Positions 34,961 to 43,804 of a DNA stretch of 64,000 nt are shown here, piece after piece. The notes beneath the pieces are model-generated. The model ran no database searches. It was not told where the DNA came from and saw only the letters and a list, made by a program, of their open reading frames with translations. The DNA is from Clostridia bacterium (lineage in GTDB: Bacteria > Bacillota > Clostridia > UMGS1883): assembly GCA_045546275.1 (NCBI GenBank), contig JAZQCM010000001.1:55079-119078 (forward strand), given 5' to 3'. Position 1 is the stretch's first letter; each line of letters begins with the position of its first letter. Made by a program: the position numbers and the translations under genes.

Positions 34961-35477
34961 ACAGATATGAAACAATATCATCAATGTTTTTATAAGTAGA
35001 GTGCATGTCAATTGGGGCTGCATCATCTGCAGGGTAACCCATAACCAGAAGTGCCACGGGAACAAGGCTTTCGGGAATTAAAAATGCTTCAACCATTTTT
35101 TCGGGATTAAAGTGCATAACCCATGTTGTGCCAATACCCAGTTCAGTAGCTTCCATCATCATATGTGTTGTTACAATTGATGCGTCAACAAAGCCTGAAT
35201 TTTCACCGTCGTACTTTCTCTTCCAGCATTCATCCTTGTTGTAGCAAATAAGCATTGCCAAAGGTGCATCAAAATGGCATCTTGTACAATCCTTTAATTT
35301 AGTCAAGGCTTCTTCGGACTGAATTACCATAATTCTCTGAGGCTGGTAGTTGCAGGCGGGGGGGGCAAGGTGACCTGCTTTAATAATCTTGTCAATTACG
35401 TCTTTCGCAACACTTTCATTTTTGAACTTACGGACAGAATACCTTTCTTCAGCAAGCTTTAAAAATTCCATTTTCAT
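34959..35477 (-). CDS. Nitroreductase family protein
   Basis: MKMEFLKLAEERYSVRKFKNESV...AGHLAPPACNYQPQRIMVIQ is typical of a nitroreductase fold. Confidence 0.8.
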   Translation of the reverse strand: MKMEFLKLAEERYSVRKFKNESVAKDVIDKIIKAGHLAPPACNYQPQRIMVIQSEEALTKLKDCTRCHFDAPLAMLICYNKDECWKRKYDGENSGFVDASIVTTHMMMEATELGIGTTWVMHFNPEKMVEAFLIPESLVPVALLVMGYPADDAAPIDMHSTYKNIDDIVSYL

Positions 35478-35486
35478 TTTCTCCTT

Positions 35487-36245
35487 TTATTTAGATTGAA
35501 TTAAATCATTCATATCGTACATTGCAGGCTTCTTTCCAACCATAAACTTAGCCGCCTGAACTGCACCCTCGGCAAAAACATCACGGGAGAGTGCGGTGTG
35601 CTTTAATTCAATAATTTCGTCGTTGCCTGCAAAAATAACAGTGTGCTCGCCAACAATTGTACCGCCGCGGATTGCATGTATGCCAATTTCCTTCTTTTCG
35701 CGCTTTTTTCTCACGCTGTGACGGTCGTAAACATATTCCTTGCATTCCTTACATGCTTCGTTTATCGCATCAGCTATGTACAGGGCTGTGCCGCTGGGAG
35801 CATCCAGCTTGCGGTTATGGTGAGCTTCAACAATTTCAATATCGAAGTTTTCTTCCAGAACATTTGTAGCTCTCTTTGCAAGGTCAATTATAACATTAAC
35901 ACCGAGGCTCATGTTTGCAGAGAAGAAAATTGCAGTTTCGTTTGATTTTTCATACATAAAGTTCTTTTGCTCAATACTTAAGCCTGTTGTGCAGATTACA
36001 GCAGGTATTTTCTTTTGAACGCTGTAGTTTATGATACCTTCAAGGCATGAAGGATGCGAAAAGTCAATTATAACATCGCTTTCAACACTAACTTTATCAG
36101 GAGAAGAGAAAACAGGGAAGGAAAGAGTGGAGTCGTCAACAAGGTCAATTCCGCCCACAATTGTGCAGTCATCTGTCTGAGAAACGATTGATGCAATAAC
36201 CTTTCCCATTTTACCGGAGCAACCGGAAAGTAATATTCTTGTCAT
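35487..36245 (-). CDS. dapB: 4-hydroxy-tetrahydrodipicolinate reductase
   Basis: Motifs EIVEAHHNRKLDAPSGTA and HAIRGG.IVGEHTVIFAG match DapB. The start is placed at MTRIL; the first ATG overlaps the RBS. Confidence 0.9.
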   Translation of the reverse strand: MTRILLSGCSGKMGKVIASIVSQTDDCTIVGGIDLVDDSTLSFPVFSSPDKVSVESDVIIDFSHPSCLEGIINYSVQKKIPAVICTTGLSIEQKNFMYEKSNETAIFFSANMSLGVNVIIDLAKRATNVLEENFDIEIVEAHHNRKLDAPSGTALYIADAINEACKECKEYVYDRHSVRKKREKKEIGIHAIRGGTIVGEHTVIFAGNDEIIELKHTALSRDVFAEGAVQAAKFMVGKKPAMYDMNDLIQSK

Positions 36246-36261
36246 TTGTAACATTCCTTTC

Positions 36262-36298
36262 TTACAGAAAACGCAGACAGAGTGTGCTGTCTGCGTTT
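36262..36298 (-). terminator. Terminator after dapA (aaacgcagacag / ctgtctgcgttt)
   Basis: A 12-bp stem is followed on the minus strand by a U-run. Confidence 0.65.
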
Positions 36299-36302
36299 AA
36301 TT

Positions 36303-37193
36303 TTAAAGAATACCGTAATTAACCATTGCTTTTTTGAGAACTTCAAGGTTTTTGTCGGAAATCTCGTAAAGAGGCATTCTGAGTGTGCCGGGGCAAAGAC
36401 CCATAAGTTCACAAGCTTTCTTAACAGGGATGGGGTTTGTTTCGCAGAAGAGAGCATCAATAAGCTCAATTGCTTCAAGCTGAAGCTTACGTGCAGTTTC
36501 AGTATCACCATTTAAAAAGCTCATAATCATATCGTGAGTTTTACGGGGAGCAACGTTTGCAAGCACGGAAATTGTACCAACGCCGCCAAGAGACAAAATC
36601 GGAACGTTCTGGTCATCATTACCGGAGTAAATATCGATCTTATCACCAACAAGACTTGCAAGCTTTGCAACCTGAGAAAGGTTGCCGGAAGCTTCCTTAA
36701 TGCCAACAATGTTTTCGTGCTTTGCAAGTTCAACCATAGTTTCGGGTAAAACGTTCAAGCCTGTTCTGCCGGGAACATTGTAAACAATCATAGGGCAATC
36801 AGAAGCCGACGCCATCAATTCAAAATGCTTTATAAGACCACGCTGACTTGTTTTGTTATAGTAGGGAGTAACAGTAAGAAGACCGTCTGCACCAAGTGCT
36901 GCAGCCTCGCGACAAAGTGCAACGCCATGACGTGTATCGTTACTGCCTGTGCCTGCCACAACAGGAATTCTGCCGTCAACCTTCTTAACAACATATTCAA
37001 TAACACTTAAGTGCTCTTTGTCGTTAAGTGTTGCGGATTCGCCTGTAGTACCGCAGGCGATAATACAGTCAGTTCCGTTTTCTATCTGATATTCAACCAA
37101 TTTGCCTAATGTGTCAAAGTCAATAGAGAAGTCGGGGTTAAAAGGAGTTACAAGAGCAACACCTGAACCTGTAAAAATAGGCTTATTTGTCAT
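36303..37193 (-). CDS. dapA: 4-hydroxy-tetrahydrodipicolinate synthase
   Basis: Motifs GVALVTPF, CGTTGESATL, a Schiff-base Lys region and YNVPGRTG match DapA. Confidence 0.95.
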   Translation of the reverse strand: MTNKPIFTGSGVALVTPFNPDFSIDFDTLGKLVEYQIENGTDCIIACGTTGESATLNDKEHLSVIEYVVKKVDGRIPVVAGTGSNDTRHGVALCREAAALGADGLLTVTPYYNKTSQRGLIKHFELMASASDCPMIVYNVPGRTGLNVLPETMVELAKHENIVGIKEASGNLSQVAKLASLVGDKIDIYSGNDDQNVPILSLGGVGTISVLANVAPRKTHDMIMSFLNGDTETARKLQLEAIELIDALFCETNPIPVKKACELMGLCPGTLRMPLYEISDKNLEVLKKAMVNYGIL

Positions 37194-37217
37194 AGCAATA
37201 GTCCTTTCTTGGATATT

Positions 37218-38216
37218 TTAGTTCATGTATTCAATAACCTTCTGTGCAATCTGAACAGCGTTTGTAGCTGCGCCTTTTCTAATGTTATCAGCAACAACCC
37301 AAAGGTTTACGCCGTTTTCAACACTTTCGTCACGACGGATTCTGCCAACATATGTTTCGTTTGTACCTGCAGCAGTGATTGCCATGGGGTAAACGTTGTT
37401 AGCTGTATCATCCTGAACAACAATACCGGGAGCAGATGCAAGTGTAGCCTTAAGTTCATCAAGATCAAAGGGCTTTTCAAACTCAACATTGATAGATTCG
37501 CTATGGCCGTTAAATACTGGAACACGAACTGTTGTTGCAGTAATCTTCATGTCGGGATGGCCAAGAATCTTTCTTGTTTCGTTAATCATTTTTTCTTCTT
37601 CCTTTGTGTAACCATTGGGAAGGAAAACGTCAATATGAGGAATACAGTTGCCTGCAATGGGGTGGGGGAACTTTGTGGGAGCTTCGCCCTTCAAACCATT
37701 TTCAAGGTCGTTCCAACCGCCAACGCCTGCACCGGAAACTGCCTGATACGTGGAATAAACAACTCTCTTGATTGTGTACTTGTCGTCAAGAGGCTTCAAT
37801 GCAACCATAGCCTGAATAGTGGAGCAGTTGGGATTTGCAATAATGCCCTTATTCCACTTAATGTCTTCGGGGTTAACTTCGGGAACAACAAGGGGAACTT
37901 CTTTGTTCATTCTCCATGCGGAGGAGTTATCTATAACTACGCAACCCTTGGATGCGGCAATGGGAGCAAACTTTTCGGAAGTGGAACCGCCTGCGGAGAA
38001 AAGTGCAATATCAATTCCTCTGTCGAAAGAAGTTTCGGTAAGCTCTTCAATAACATATTCTTTACCCATAAATGTAACCTTACTGCCTGCGCTCTTTTTG
38101 GAAGCGAAGAGATAGTATGTATCTACGGGGAGCTTCTGTTCTTCGAGAACCTTAAGGAAGGTTCTGCCAACCATGCCTGTTGCACCTACAACAGCTACTG
38201 TTAATTTCTTGTTCAT
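37218..38216 (-). CDS. asd: Aspartate-semialdehyde dehydrogenase
   Basis: The N-terminus is MNKKLTVAVVGATGMVGRTFLKVL, and ANPNCSTIQ carries the active-site Cys. The start is at MNKK, with an AAAGGTAG RBS. Confidence 0.95.
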   Translation of the reverse strand: MNKKLTVAVVGATGMVGRTFLKVLEEQKLPVDTYYLFASKKSAGSKVTFMGKEYVIEELTETSFDRGIDIALFSAGGSTSEKFAPIAASKGCVVIDNSSAWRMNKEVPLVVPEVNPEDIKWNKGIIANPNCSTIQAMVALKPLDDKYTIKRVVYSTYQAVSGAGVGGWNDLENGLKGEAPTKFPHPIAGNCIPHIDVFLPNGYTKEEEKMINETRKILGHPDMKITATTVRVPVFNGHSESINVEFEKPFDLDELKATLASAPGIVVQDDTANNVYPMAITAAGTNETYVGRIRRDESVENGVNLWVVADNIRKGAATNAVQIAQKVIEYMN

Positions 38217-38413
38217 TTCTAACACTACCTTTAAAATAAATTGCCAAAGAATATTGATTGCCAAAAATTCTTTAATATATAATACCATTCCATGATGTCA
38301 ATGTCAAATAAAATTTCTCATAAAATATCCAAATTCGGGGTGGATATTTTTGTCGAAGTGTGATAATATGATAAATGGCTTATTTTGTTTAAGATACTGA
38401 AAGGATGGAAAAC

Positions 38414-39697
38414 ATGAAAAAGATAATTCGTTTTGTTGGCATAATAGCTGTTTTCGCATTGTTTGGAATAACAGCCAATGCTTCGGCATATAAAGACACG
38501 CTGAGAATAGGATTGAGCTATGGTACAACCGCTGCTCAGACAGCGAGCTTTGTGTCTTCAAGTGACATTAATGTTTATGATGGTGTAACAAATGCCTATA
38601 TAGCAACAATTCCGCCTCATGCAATTTTGGATGTTTCCTCCGTAAATGGTTCTTTATCATCGAATTATTTCAGCAGTGGAAGCTGTATTAAAATTGAAAG
38701 TGCAACCAATATTATGTACAACAATAAGGAATATAAGGGTGCATTTGAATTAAGAGGCAGTTTTAATAATTTAACGGTTATCAATATTATTAACACCGAG
38801 GATTATGTTGCAAGCGTTCTCGGCAAGGAAATGAGTGCTTCCTGGCCTTTAGAGGCATTGAAAGCACAGGCGGTTTGTGCAAGAAACTATGCATTGACTA
38901 TCGGCAATAAGCATGCAAACAGCGGTTTTGATTTGTGTTCGACCATTGACTGCCAGGTGTATGGAGGCGTTTCAAGTGAGGCACAAACCACCCGCCAGGC
39001 TGCAGAGCAAACACGTGGCGTGACCGTTACATACAACGGAAAAGTTGTTCCACTTTATTACTTTTCGTGTGACGGCGGAAACACCGAAAGCAGTGAAAAC
39101 GTGTGGGTAAGTAAGGAAGGTTATCTCAGGGGCAAAAAGGACATTTATGAAAACCCCGAATATGCCACCAGATACAACTGGACAAAGACTTATACAAAAA
39201 ACGAAATTGAAGAAATACTTTTGTCGAAGGATATTAATATCGGCGAATTGCTTGACATAACCGTGGATGAAATTAATGAAAATCAAAGTGTTATGAAGTT
39301 GACCTTTGTTGGCTCTATGGGCAGTAAAACCATCACAAAGAGTCAGGCTCGCACAACTCTTTCTTTAAACAGCCAATCCTACACGGTTCAAAAGAATTCA
39401 AATTCATTCAATGTGGAAAGTGCTAAAAAGGAAACCTATTTTGTTCTTACAAGAGACGGAATGGTTTTAGTTGAAGAGCCTGTAAATTACCTGACAGATT
39501 CCGGCATGCAGCAGTTTGAATATACGCCGGTTGTAACAAAGCCCTATGCTTACGACAGCTACACCTTCACAGGTCACGGCTGGGGTCACAGAATAGGCAT
39601 GAGTCAGTGGGGCGCATACAGCATGGCAAAGCTTGGATTTACTTATAAAGATATTTTGAATTTTTACTTCACTGACATTATAATCAGCGAAAACTAA
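38414..39697 (+). CDS. SpoIID/LytB domain protein (secreted peptidoglycan-remodelling / amidase-enhancer type)
   Basis: A signal peptide is present. The SpoIID domain reads AQAVCARNYAL...GFDLCSTIDCQVYGG...YFSCDGGNTESSENVW. Confidence 0.8.
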   Translation: MKKIIRFVGIIAVFALFGITANASAYKDTLRIGLSYGTTAAQTASFVSSSDINVYDGVTNAYIATIPPHAILDVSSVNGSLSSNYFSSGSCIKIESATNIMYNNKEYKGAFELRGSFNNLTVINIINTEDYVASVLGKEMSASWPLEALKAQAVCARNYALTIGNKHANSGFDLCSTIDCQVYGGVSSEAQTTRQAAEQTRGVTVTYNGKVVPLYYFSCDGGNTESSENVWVSKEGYLRGKKDIYENPEYATRYNWTKTYTKNEIEEILLSKDINIGELLDITVDEINENQSVMKLTFVGSMGSKTITKSQARTTLSLNSQSYTVQKNSNSFNVESAKKETYFVLTRDGMVLVEEPVNYLTDSGMQQFEYTPVVTKPYAYDSYTFTGHGWGHRIGMSQWGAYSMAKLGFTYKDILNFYFTDIIISEN

Positions 39698-39735
39698 AAT
39701 GTGAATAATTACAGAGTACAATGGGGTGATAAGTT

Positions 39736-40758
39736 ATGAATACTGAAGAATTTGACTACTACCTGCCTGAGGAGCTTATAGCACAGCACCCCCTTACTGA
39801 CCGTGCGGCTGCAAGGTTTATGACAATAGACAAGCTTACAGGGGAAGTAGGGCATGATTATTTTTATAACATAAAAAACTATCTCAGAAAAGGCGATTGC
39901 CTTGTTCTTAACGATACAAGGGTTATCCCTGCAAGACTTTACGGTGTTAAAGAAGGCACGGGAGCAGCTATGGAGTTTTTGCTTTTAACTCGTAGGAGCA
40001 CCAATGAATGGGAAGTAATTTTAAAACCCGGAAGACGTGCCAAAGAAGGAGTAAGAGTGAATTTTGGTGATGGTAAGCTTGTTGCGGAAATTAAACAGGT
40101 ATTGGACAACGGAAACAGAGTTGTTGAGTTTTTTTACGAAGGCCTTTTTGAAAATATTCTTGAAGAGCTTGGTGAAATGCCACTTCCGCCCTATATAACA
40201 GCAAAGCTTGAGAACAAAGAAATGTATCAGACGGTATATTCTGTGAACGAAGGCAGTGCGGCGGCACCCACAGCAGGGCTTCATTTTACTCCCGAATTGT
40301 TGAAAGAAATTGAAGACATGGGGGTAAAGCTTGCATTTTTAACGCTCCATGTGGGGCTTGGAACATTCCGTCCTGTTAAGGTGGACAATGTTGAGGAACA
40401 CAAAATGCATTCGGAGTTTTATGTTGTAACTGAAGAATGTGCAAAAACCGTAAATGATACCATTGACGAAGGCGGCAGAATAATTGCGGTGGGTACCACA
40501 AGCTGCAGAACTCTTGAAAGTGCGGCAGAAAACGGAAGACTCGTGGCAAAAAGCGGTTGGACAGATATTTTTATTTACCCCGGGTATAAGTTTAAGTTAA
40601 CAAAGGCGCTCATTACAAACTTCCATTTGCCTAAGTCCACGCTTATAATGCTTGTAAGCGCCCTTTCAAGTAAGGAAAATATACTCAATGCATACAATAT
40701 TGCGGTAGAAGAAAAATACAGATTTTTCTCCTTTGGCGATTGTATGATTATCAGTTAG
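39736..40758 (+). CDS. queA: S-adenosylmethionine:tRNA ribosyltransferase-isomerase
   Basis: The N-terminus [15 protein letters not shown]...AGLHFT...[14 protein letters not shown] matches QueA. Confidence 0.95.
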   Translation: MNTEEFDYYLPEELIAQHPLTDRAAARFMTIDKLTGEVGHDYFYNIKNYLRKGDCLVLNDTRVIPARLYGVKEGTGAAMEFLLLTRRSTNEWEVILKPGRRAKEGVRVNFGDGKLVAEIKQVLDNGNRVVEFFYEGLFENILEELGEMPLPPYITAKLENKEMYQTVYSVNEGSAAAPTAGLHFTPELLKEIEDMGVKLAFLTLHVGLGTFRPVKVDNVEEHKMHSEFYVVTEECAKTVNDTIDEGGRIIAVGTTSCRTLESAAENGRLVAKSGWTDIFIYPGYKFKLTKALITNFHLPKSTLIMLVSALSSKENILNAYNIAVEEKYRFFSFGDCMIIS

Positions 40759-40767
40759 GAGCTTGTT

Positions 40768-41898
40768 ATGTATACATTATTAAAACAAGAAGGTCGTGCA
40801 AGACGCGGTCGATTTGAAACAGTTCACGGAACAATACAAACCCCCGTTTTTATGAATGTTGGCACAAGTGCGGCAATTAAGGGTGCTGTGTCTTCTTTAG
40901 ATTTGAAAGAAGTTGGCTGTCAGGTTGAACTTAGTAACACCTATCACTTGCACATCCGCCCGGGTGACGAGCTTATCAAGGAAATGGGAGGACTTCATAA
41001 ATTTATGAACTGGGACCGACCCATTCTTACAGATAGCGGTGGTTTCCAGGTGTTCAGTCTTTCAAAGCTCAGAAAAATAACCGAAGAAGGCGTGCAGTTT
41101 CAGTCACATATTGACGGAAAACGCATTTTTATGGGTCCTGAAGAAAGCATGCAGATTCAGTCAAATTTAGGCTCAACAATTGCCATGGCTTTTGACGAAT
41201 GTGTTGAAAACCCTTCACCATATAAATATGTTAAAGCATCCTGCGAAAGAACATATCGCTGGTTGGAGCGCTGTAAAAAGGAACTGGAAAGGTTAAATTC
41301 TCTCCCCGATACAGTAAACCCTCATCAGATGCTTTGGGGCATTAACCAGGGAGGTACCTATGAGGATTTGAGAATCTGGCACATGCAGGAAATTGCAAAG
41401 CTTGACTTGCCGGGTTATGCCATTGGTGGCTTGGCGGTAGGTGAGAGTGCAGATGAAATGTATCGCATTATTGACGCTGTTGAACCCTACATGCCAAAAG
41501 ACAAACCCCGCTATTTAATGGGAGTTGGTACCCCCATTAACATTTTGGAAGCAGTTGACCGTGGCGTGGACTTCTTTGATTGCGTTATTACTTCACGTAA
41601 TGCAAGACACGCTAATCTCTTTACAGACAAAGGTGTGTTGAACCTTAATAACAACAAATTCGCAAAGGACGACAAGCCGCTTATGGAGGGCTGTCAGTGT
41701 CCTGCTTGTAAAAACTATTCCCGTAGCTACATCCGTCATTTGTTCAAGGCAAAGGAAATGCTTGGAATGCGTCTTTGTGTGCTTCATAATTTGCATTTTT
41801 ACAATGACCTTATGCAGCAAATCCGTGACAACCTTGATAACGGCACGTTTAAAGAATTTAAAGAGGAAAAAGTTCAGGCTTTTTCAGGACGAGTTTAA
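40768..41898 (+). CDS. tgt: Queuine tRNA-ribosyltransferase (tRNA-guanine transglycosylase)
   Basis: HGTIQTPVFMNVGT, DSGGFQV, and the zinc site CQCPACKNYSRSYIRHL match Tgt. Confidence 0.95.
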   Translation: MYTLLKQEGRARRGRFETVHGTIQTPVFMNVGTSAAIKGAVSSLDLKEVGCQVELSNTYHLHIRPGDELIKEMGGLHKFMNWDRPILTDSGGFQVFSLSKLRKITEEGVQFQSHIDGKRIFMGPEESMQIQSNLGSTIAMAFDECVENPSPYKYVKASCERTYRWLERCKKELERLNSLPDTVNPHQMLWGINQGGTYEDLRIWHMQEIAKLDLPGYAIGGLAVGESADEMYRIIDAVEPYMPKDKPRYLMGVGTPINILEAVDRGVDFFDCVITSRNARHANLFTDKGVLNLNNNKFAKDDKPLMEGCQCPACKNYSRSYIRHLFKAKEMLGMRLCVLHNLHFYNDLMQQIRDNLDNGTFKEFKEEKVQAFSGRV

Positions 41899-41904
41899 TA
41901 CAAC

Positions 41905-41940
41905 AAAAAAGATTTTGGATTTTCCAAAATCTTTTTTGTT
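41905..41940 (+). terminator. Rho-independent terminator (15-bp stem aaaaaagattttgga / tccaaaatctttttt)
   Basis: A perfect 15-bp inverted repeat at 41905-41919 / 41923-41937. Confidence 0.8.
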
Positions 41941-41946
41941 TGCCTA

Positions 41947-41974
41947 TTGACAAGTAAGTAAAATATGGTATAAT
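41947..41974 (+). promoter_or_regulatory. Near-consensus sigma-A promoter TTGACA-16-TGgTATAAT
   Basis: ttgaca at 41947-41952, an extended -10 tggtataat at 41966-41974. It drives the PepSY-domain gene. Confidence 0.6.
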
Positions 41975-42021
41975 TAAGTTGAAAATGATAATCAATATCA
42001 ATTAAAGAAAGGGAGATGAAT

Positions 42022-42696
42022 ATGAAAAAGAAAGTATCATTATTATTGGCAGGAGTATTATGCGTAACAAGCTTTGCTGTAGGAGTAATGAGTAAAAGTG
42101 TTGTTGAAAAAATCGAAGCTGAAATCAGAGGAGATTTTCAGGTAGTGGTAGACGGTAAAAAGGAGACCTTCAAAAATGCGCAAGGCGAAGTTGTTTATCC
42201 TATTTTGTATGAAGGTACAACGTATCTCCCCATAAGGGCAATTGGTGAATTGATGGGCAAAACTGTTTACTGGTATCAGGACGAAAAGCGAATTGAGCTT
42301 GTTGAAAAAACAGAAGAAAGCCTTGTAACAGACGCGGATGTAATTATTGACAAAGCAGAAAAAGCAAAGCCTGATAAAACAGAAAAGCAAGAAGAAAAAG
42401 CCTTGAAAGACGAAAAAAAGCAGGAAGAAAAAGCCTTAAAGGAAGCTGAAAAGCAGGCAAAGAAAGAAGAAAAGCTACCCGCTGTAGTTGAAATAACAGA
42501 AGAGGATGCAAAGGCAATTGCTCTTAAAAAAGCAGAACTTAAGGAAGACGACGTAAAATTTATAAAAGTTAAGCTCGAAAAAGATGACGGTGTTTACGAA
42601 TACGATGTGGAATTTCGCTACGGAACAGTTGAGTACGAGGCCGAAATTTCAGCTGCAGACGGCACTATTAAATCCTGGGATGTTGATAACGATTGA
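42022..42696 (+). CDS. Secreted/membrane-anchored protein with a Cu-amine-oxidase-N-like wall-association domain, a KEEK-rich linker and a C-terminal PepSY domain
   Basis: N-terminal signal/anchor. The CuAO_N-like block reads TTYLPIRAIGELMGKTVYWYQ. The KQEEKALK repeats form a linker. The PepSY segment reads AKAIALKKAELKEDDVKFIKVKLEKDDGVYEYDVEF. The ATG at 42022 follows AAAGGGAGA. Confidence 0.6.
   Translation: MKKKVSLLLAGVLCVTSFAVGVMSKSVVEKIEAEIRGDFQVVVDGKKETFKNAQGEVVYPILYEGTTYLPIRAIGELMGKTVYWYQDEKRIELVEKTEESLVTDADVIIDKAEKAKPDKTEKQEEKALKDEKKQEEKALKEAEKQAKKEEKLPAVVEITEEDAKAIALKKAELKEDDVKFIKVKLEKDDGVYEYDVEFRYGTVEYEAEISAADGTIKSWDVDND
42383..42445 (+). repeat. Short in-frame tandem repeat (27-nt period) encoding the KQEEKALK(D/E) linker
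   Basis: aagcaagaagaaaaagccttgaaagac / aagcaggaagaaaaagccttaaaggaa. Confidence 0.6.
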
Positions 42697-42710
42697 TAAA
42701 ATAACAGAAA

Positions 42711-42737
42711 AAAGGTGCTGCGGCACCTTTTTTTCTA
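42711..42737 (+). terminator. Rho-independent terminator (aaaggtgc tgcg gcaccttt, then T-run)
   Basis: An 8-bp GC-containing stem is followed by tttttctat. Confidence 0.7.
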
Positions 42738-42780
42738 TGACAATATTTAAAGTTTTTTTAAAAATTATCACTCTTTTTGG

Positions 42781-42809
42781 TTGAAATTCAAAAAAATTAG
42801 TAGTATAAT
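42781..42809 (+). promoter_or_regulatory. Consensus sigma-A promoter TTGAAA-17-TATAAT for cysK
   Basis: ttgaaa at 42781-42786, a 17-nt spacer, tataat at 42804-42809. A short leader hairpin at 42831-42852 overlaps the RBS. Confidence 0.6.
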
Positions 42810-42861
42810 AAAATAGATATAATTTGGAAATCCTATTTGTATTGCAATAGGAGGTTTATAT

Positions 42862-43785
42862 ATGGTTTATAAATCAATTGATGAATTAATCTCAAATACG
42901 CCCCTTTTGGAGCTTGGAAGGATTAAAGAAAAATACAAGCTTAAGGCTAATATATATGCAAAACTTGAAAAGTTTAATCCGGGCGGTAGTTCAAAGGATA
43001 GAATTGCAAAGAAAATGATTGAGGATGCAGAAGATAAAGGTATTCTTAAAAAAGGCTCGGTTATTATTGAACCCACCAGCGGAAACACAGGTGTTGGACT
43101 TTCAATGATTGGCGCAGTAAAAGGCTATCGTGTTATAATTGTAATGCCTGAGAGCATGAGTGTTGAGAGAAGAATGCTTATGAAAGCCTATGGTGCAGAG
43201 CTTATTCTGACACCTTCCGACAAGGGAATGGCAGGTGCAATTGAAAAGGCGAATGAATTGGCAAATGCAATTGAGCATAGCTTTATTCCTTCTCAATTTG
43301 AAAACGAAATGAACCCTAAAGCACATTTTGAAACAACGGGCGTTGAAATTTACAGCGATTTAAACGGAAACGTTGATGTTTTTGTTGCAGGTGTAGGCAC
43401 GGGTGGCACAATAACAGGTACAGGTGAGTATCTTAAAAGTAAGAACGAAAACATTGAGATTGTAGCGGTTGAGCCGTTGTCGTCTGCAGTTTTATCTGGC
43501 GAGGAGGCGGGCAAACACGCTATTCAGGGTATTGGTGCTGGCTTTGTGCCAAAAGCACTCAATGTTAAGGTTTTAGATTCGATAATTAAAGTGTCTGATG
43601 AGGATGCTTTTAAATGGTGCAGAGAGCTCGGTTTTATAGAAGGCGTTCCTTCGGGAATTTCTTCAGGTGCAGCTTTGTGTGCCGCTATAGAGTTAGCACA
43701 AAAGGATAAATACGAGGGGAAGAACATTGTGGTGCTTTTGCCCGATAGTGGCGAAAGGTACTTGTCAACCCCTGTGTATCAATAG
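42862..43785 (+). CDS. cysK: Cysteine synthase A (O-acetylserine sulfhydrylase)
   Basis: The PLP site is KLEKFNPGGSSKDRIA, with GNTGVGLS and the GVGTGGTITG glycine loop. Confidence 0.95.
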   Translation: MVYKSIDELISNTPLLELGRIKEKYKLKANIYAKLEKFNPGGSSKDRIAKKMIEDAEDKGILKKGSVIIEPTSGNTGVGLSMIGAVKGYRVIIVMPESMSVERRMLMKAYGAELILTPSDKGMAGAIEKANELANAIEHSFIPSQFENEMNPKAHFETTGVEIYSDLNGNVDVFVAGVGTGGTITGTGEYLKSKNENIEIVAVEPLSSAVLSGEEAGKHAIQGIGAGFVPKALNVKVLDSIIKVSDEDAFKWCRELGFIEGVPSGISSGAALCAAIELAQKDKYEGKNIVVLLPDSGERYLSTPVYQ

Positions 43786-43804
43786 ACGGAAAGGATTTGT
43801 TTTT

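Noticed and set aside
37209-38204. 331-aa Cys-rich ORF on the plus strand fully overlapping asd
   Set aside because: It is antisense to a strongly conserved asd gene, where every diagnostic motif is on the minus strand. The Cys-rich, low-complexity translation is the mirror of Ala/Thr-rich coding sequence. It has no RBS and no recognisable domain.
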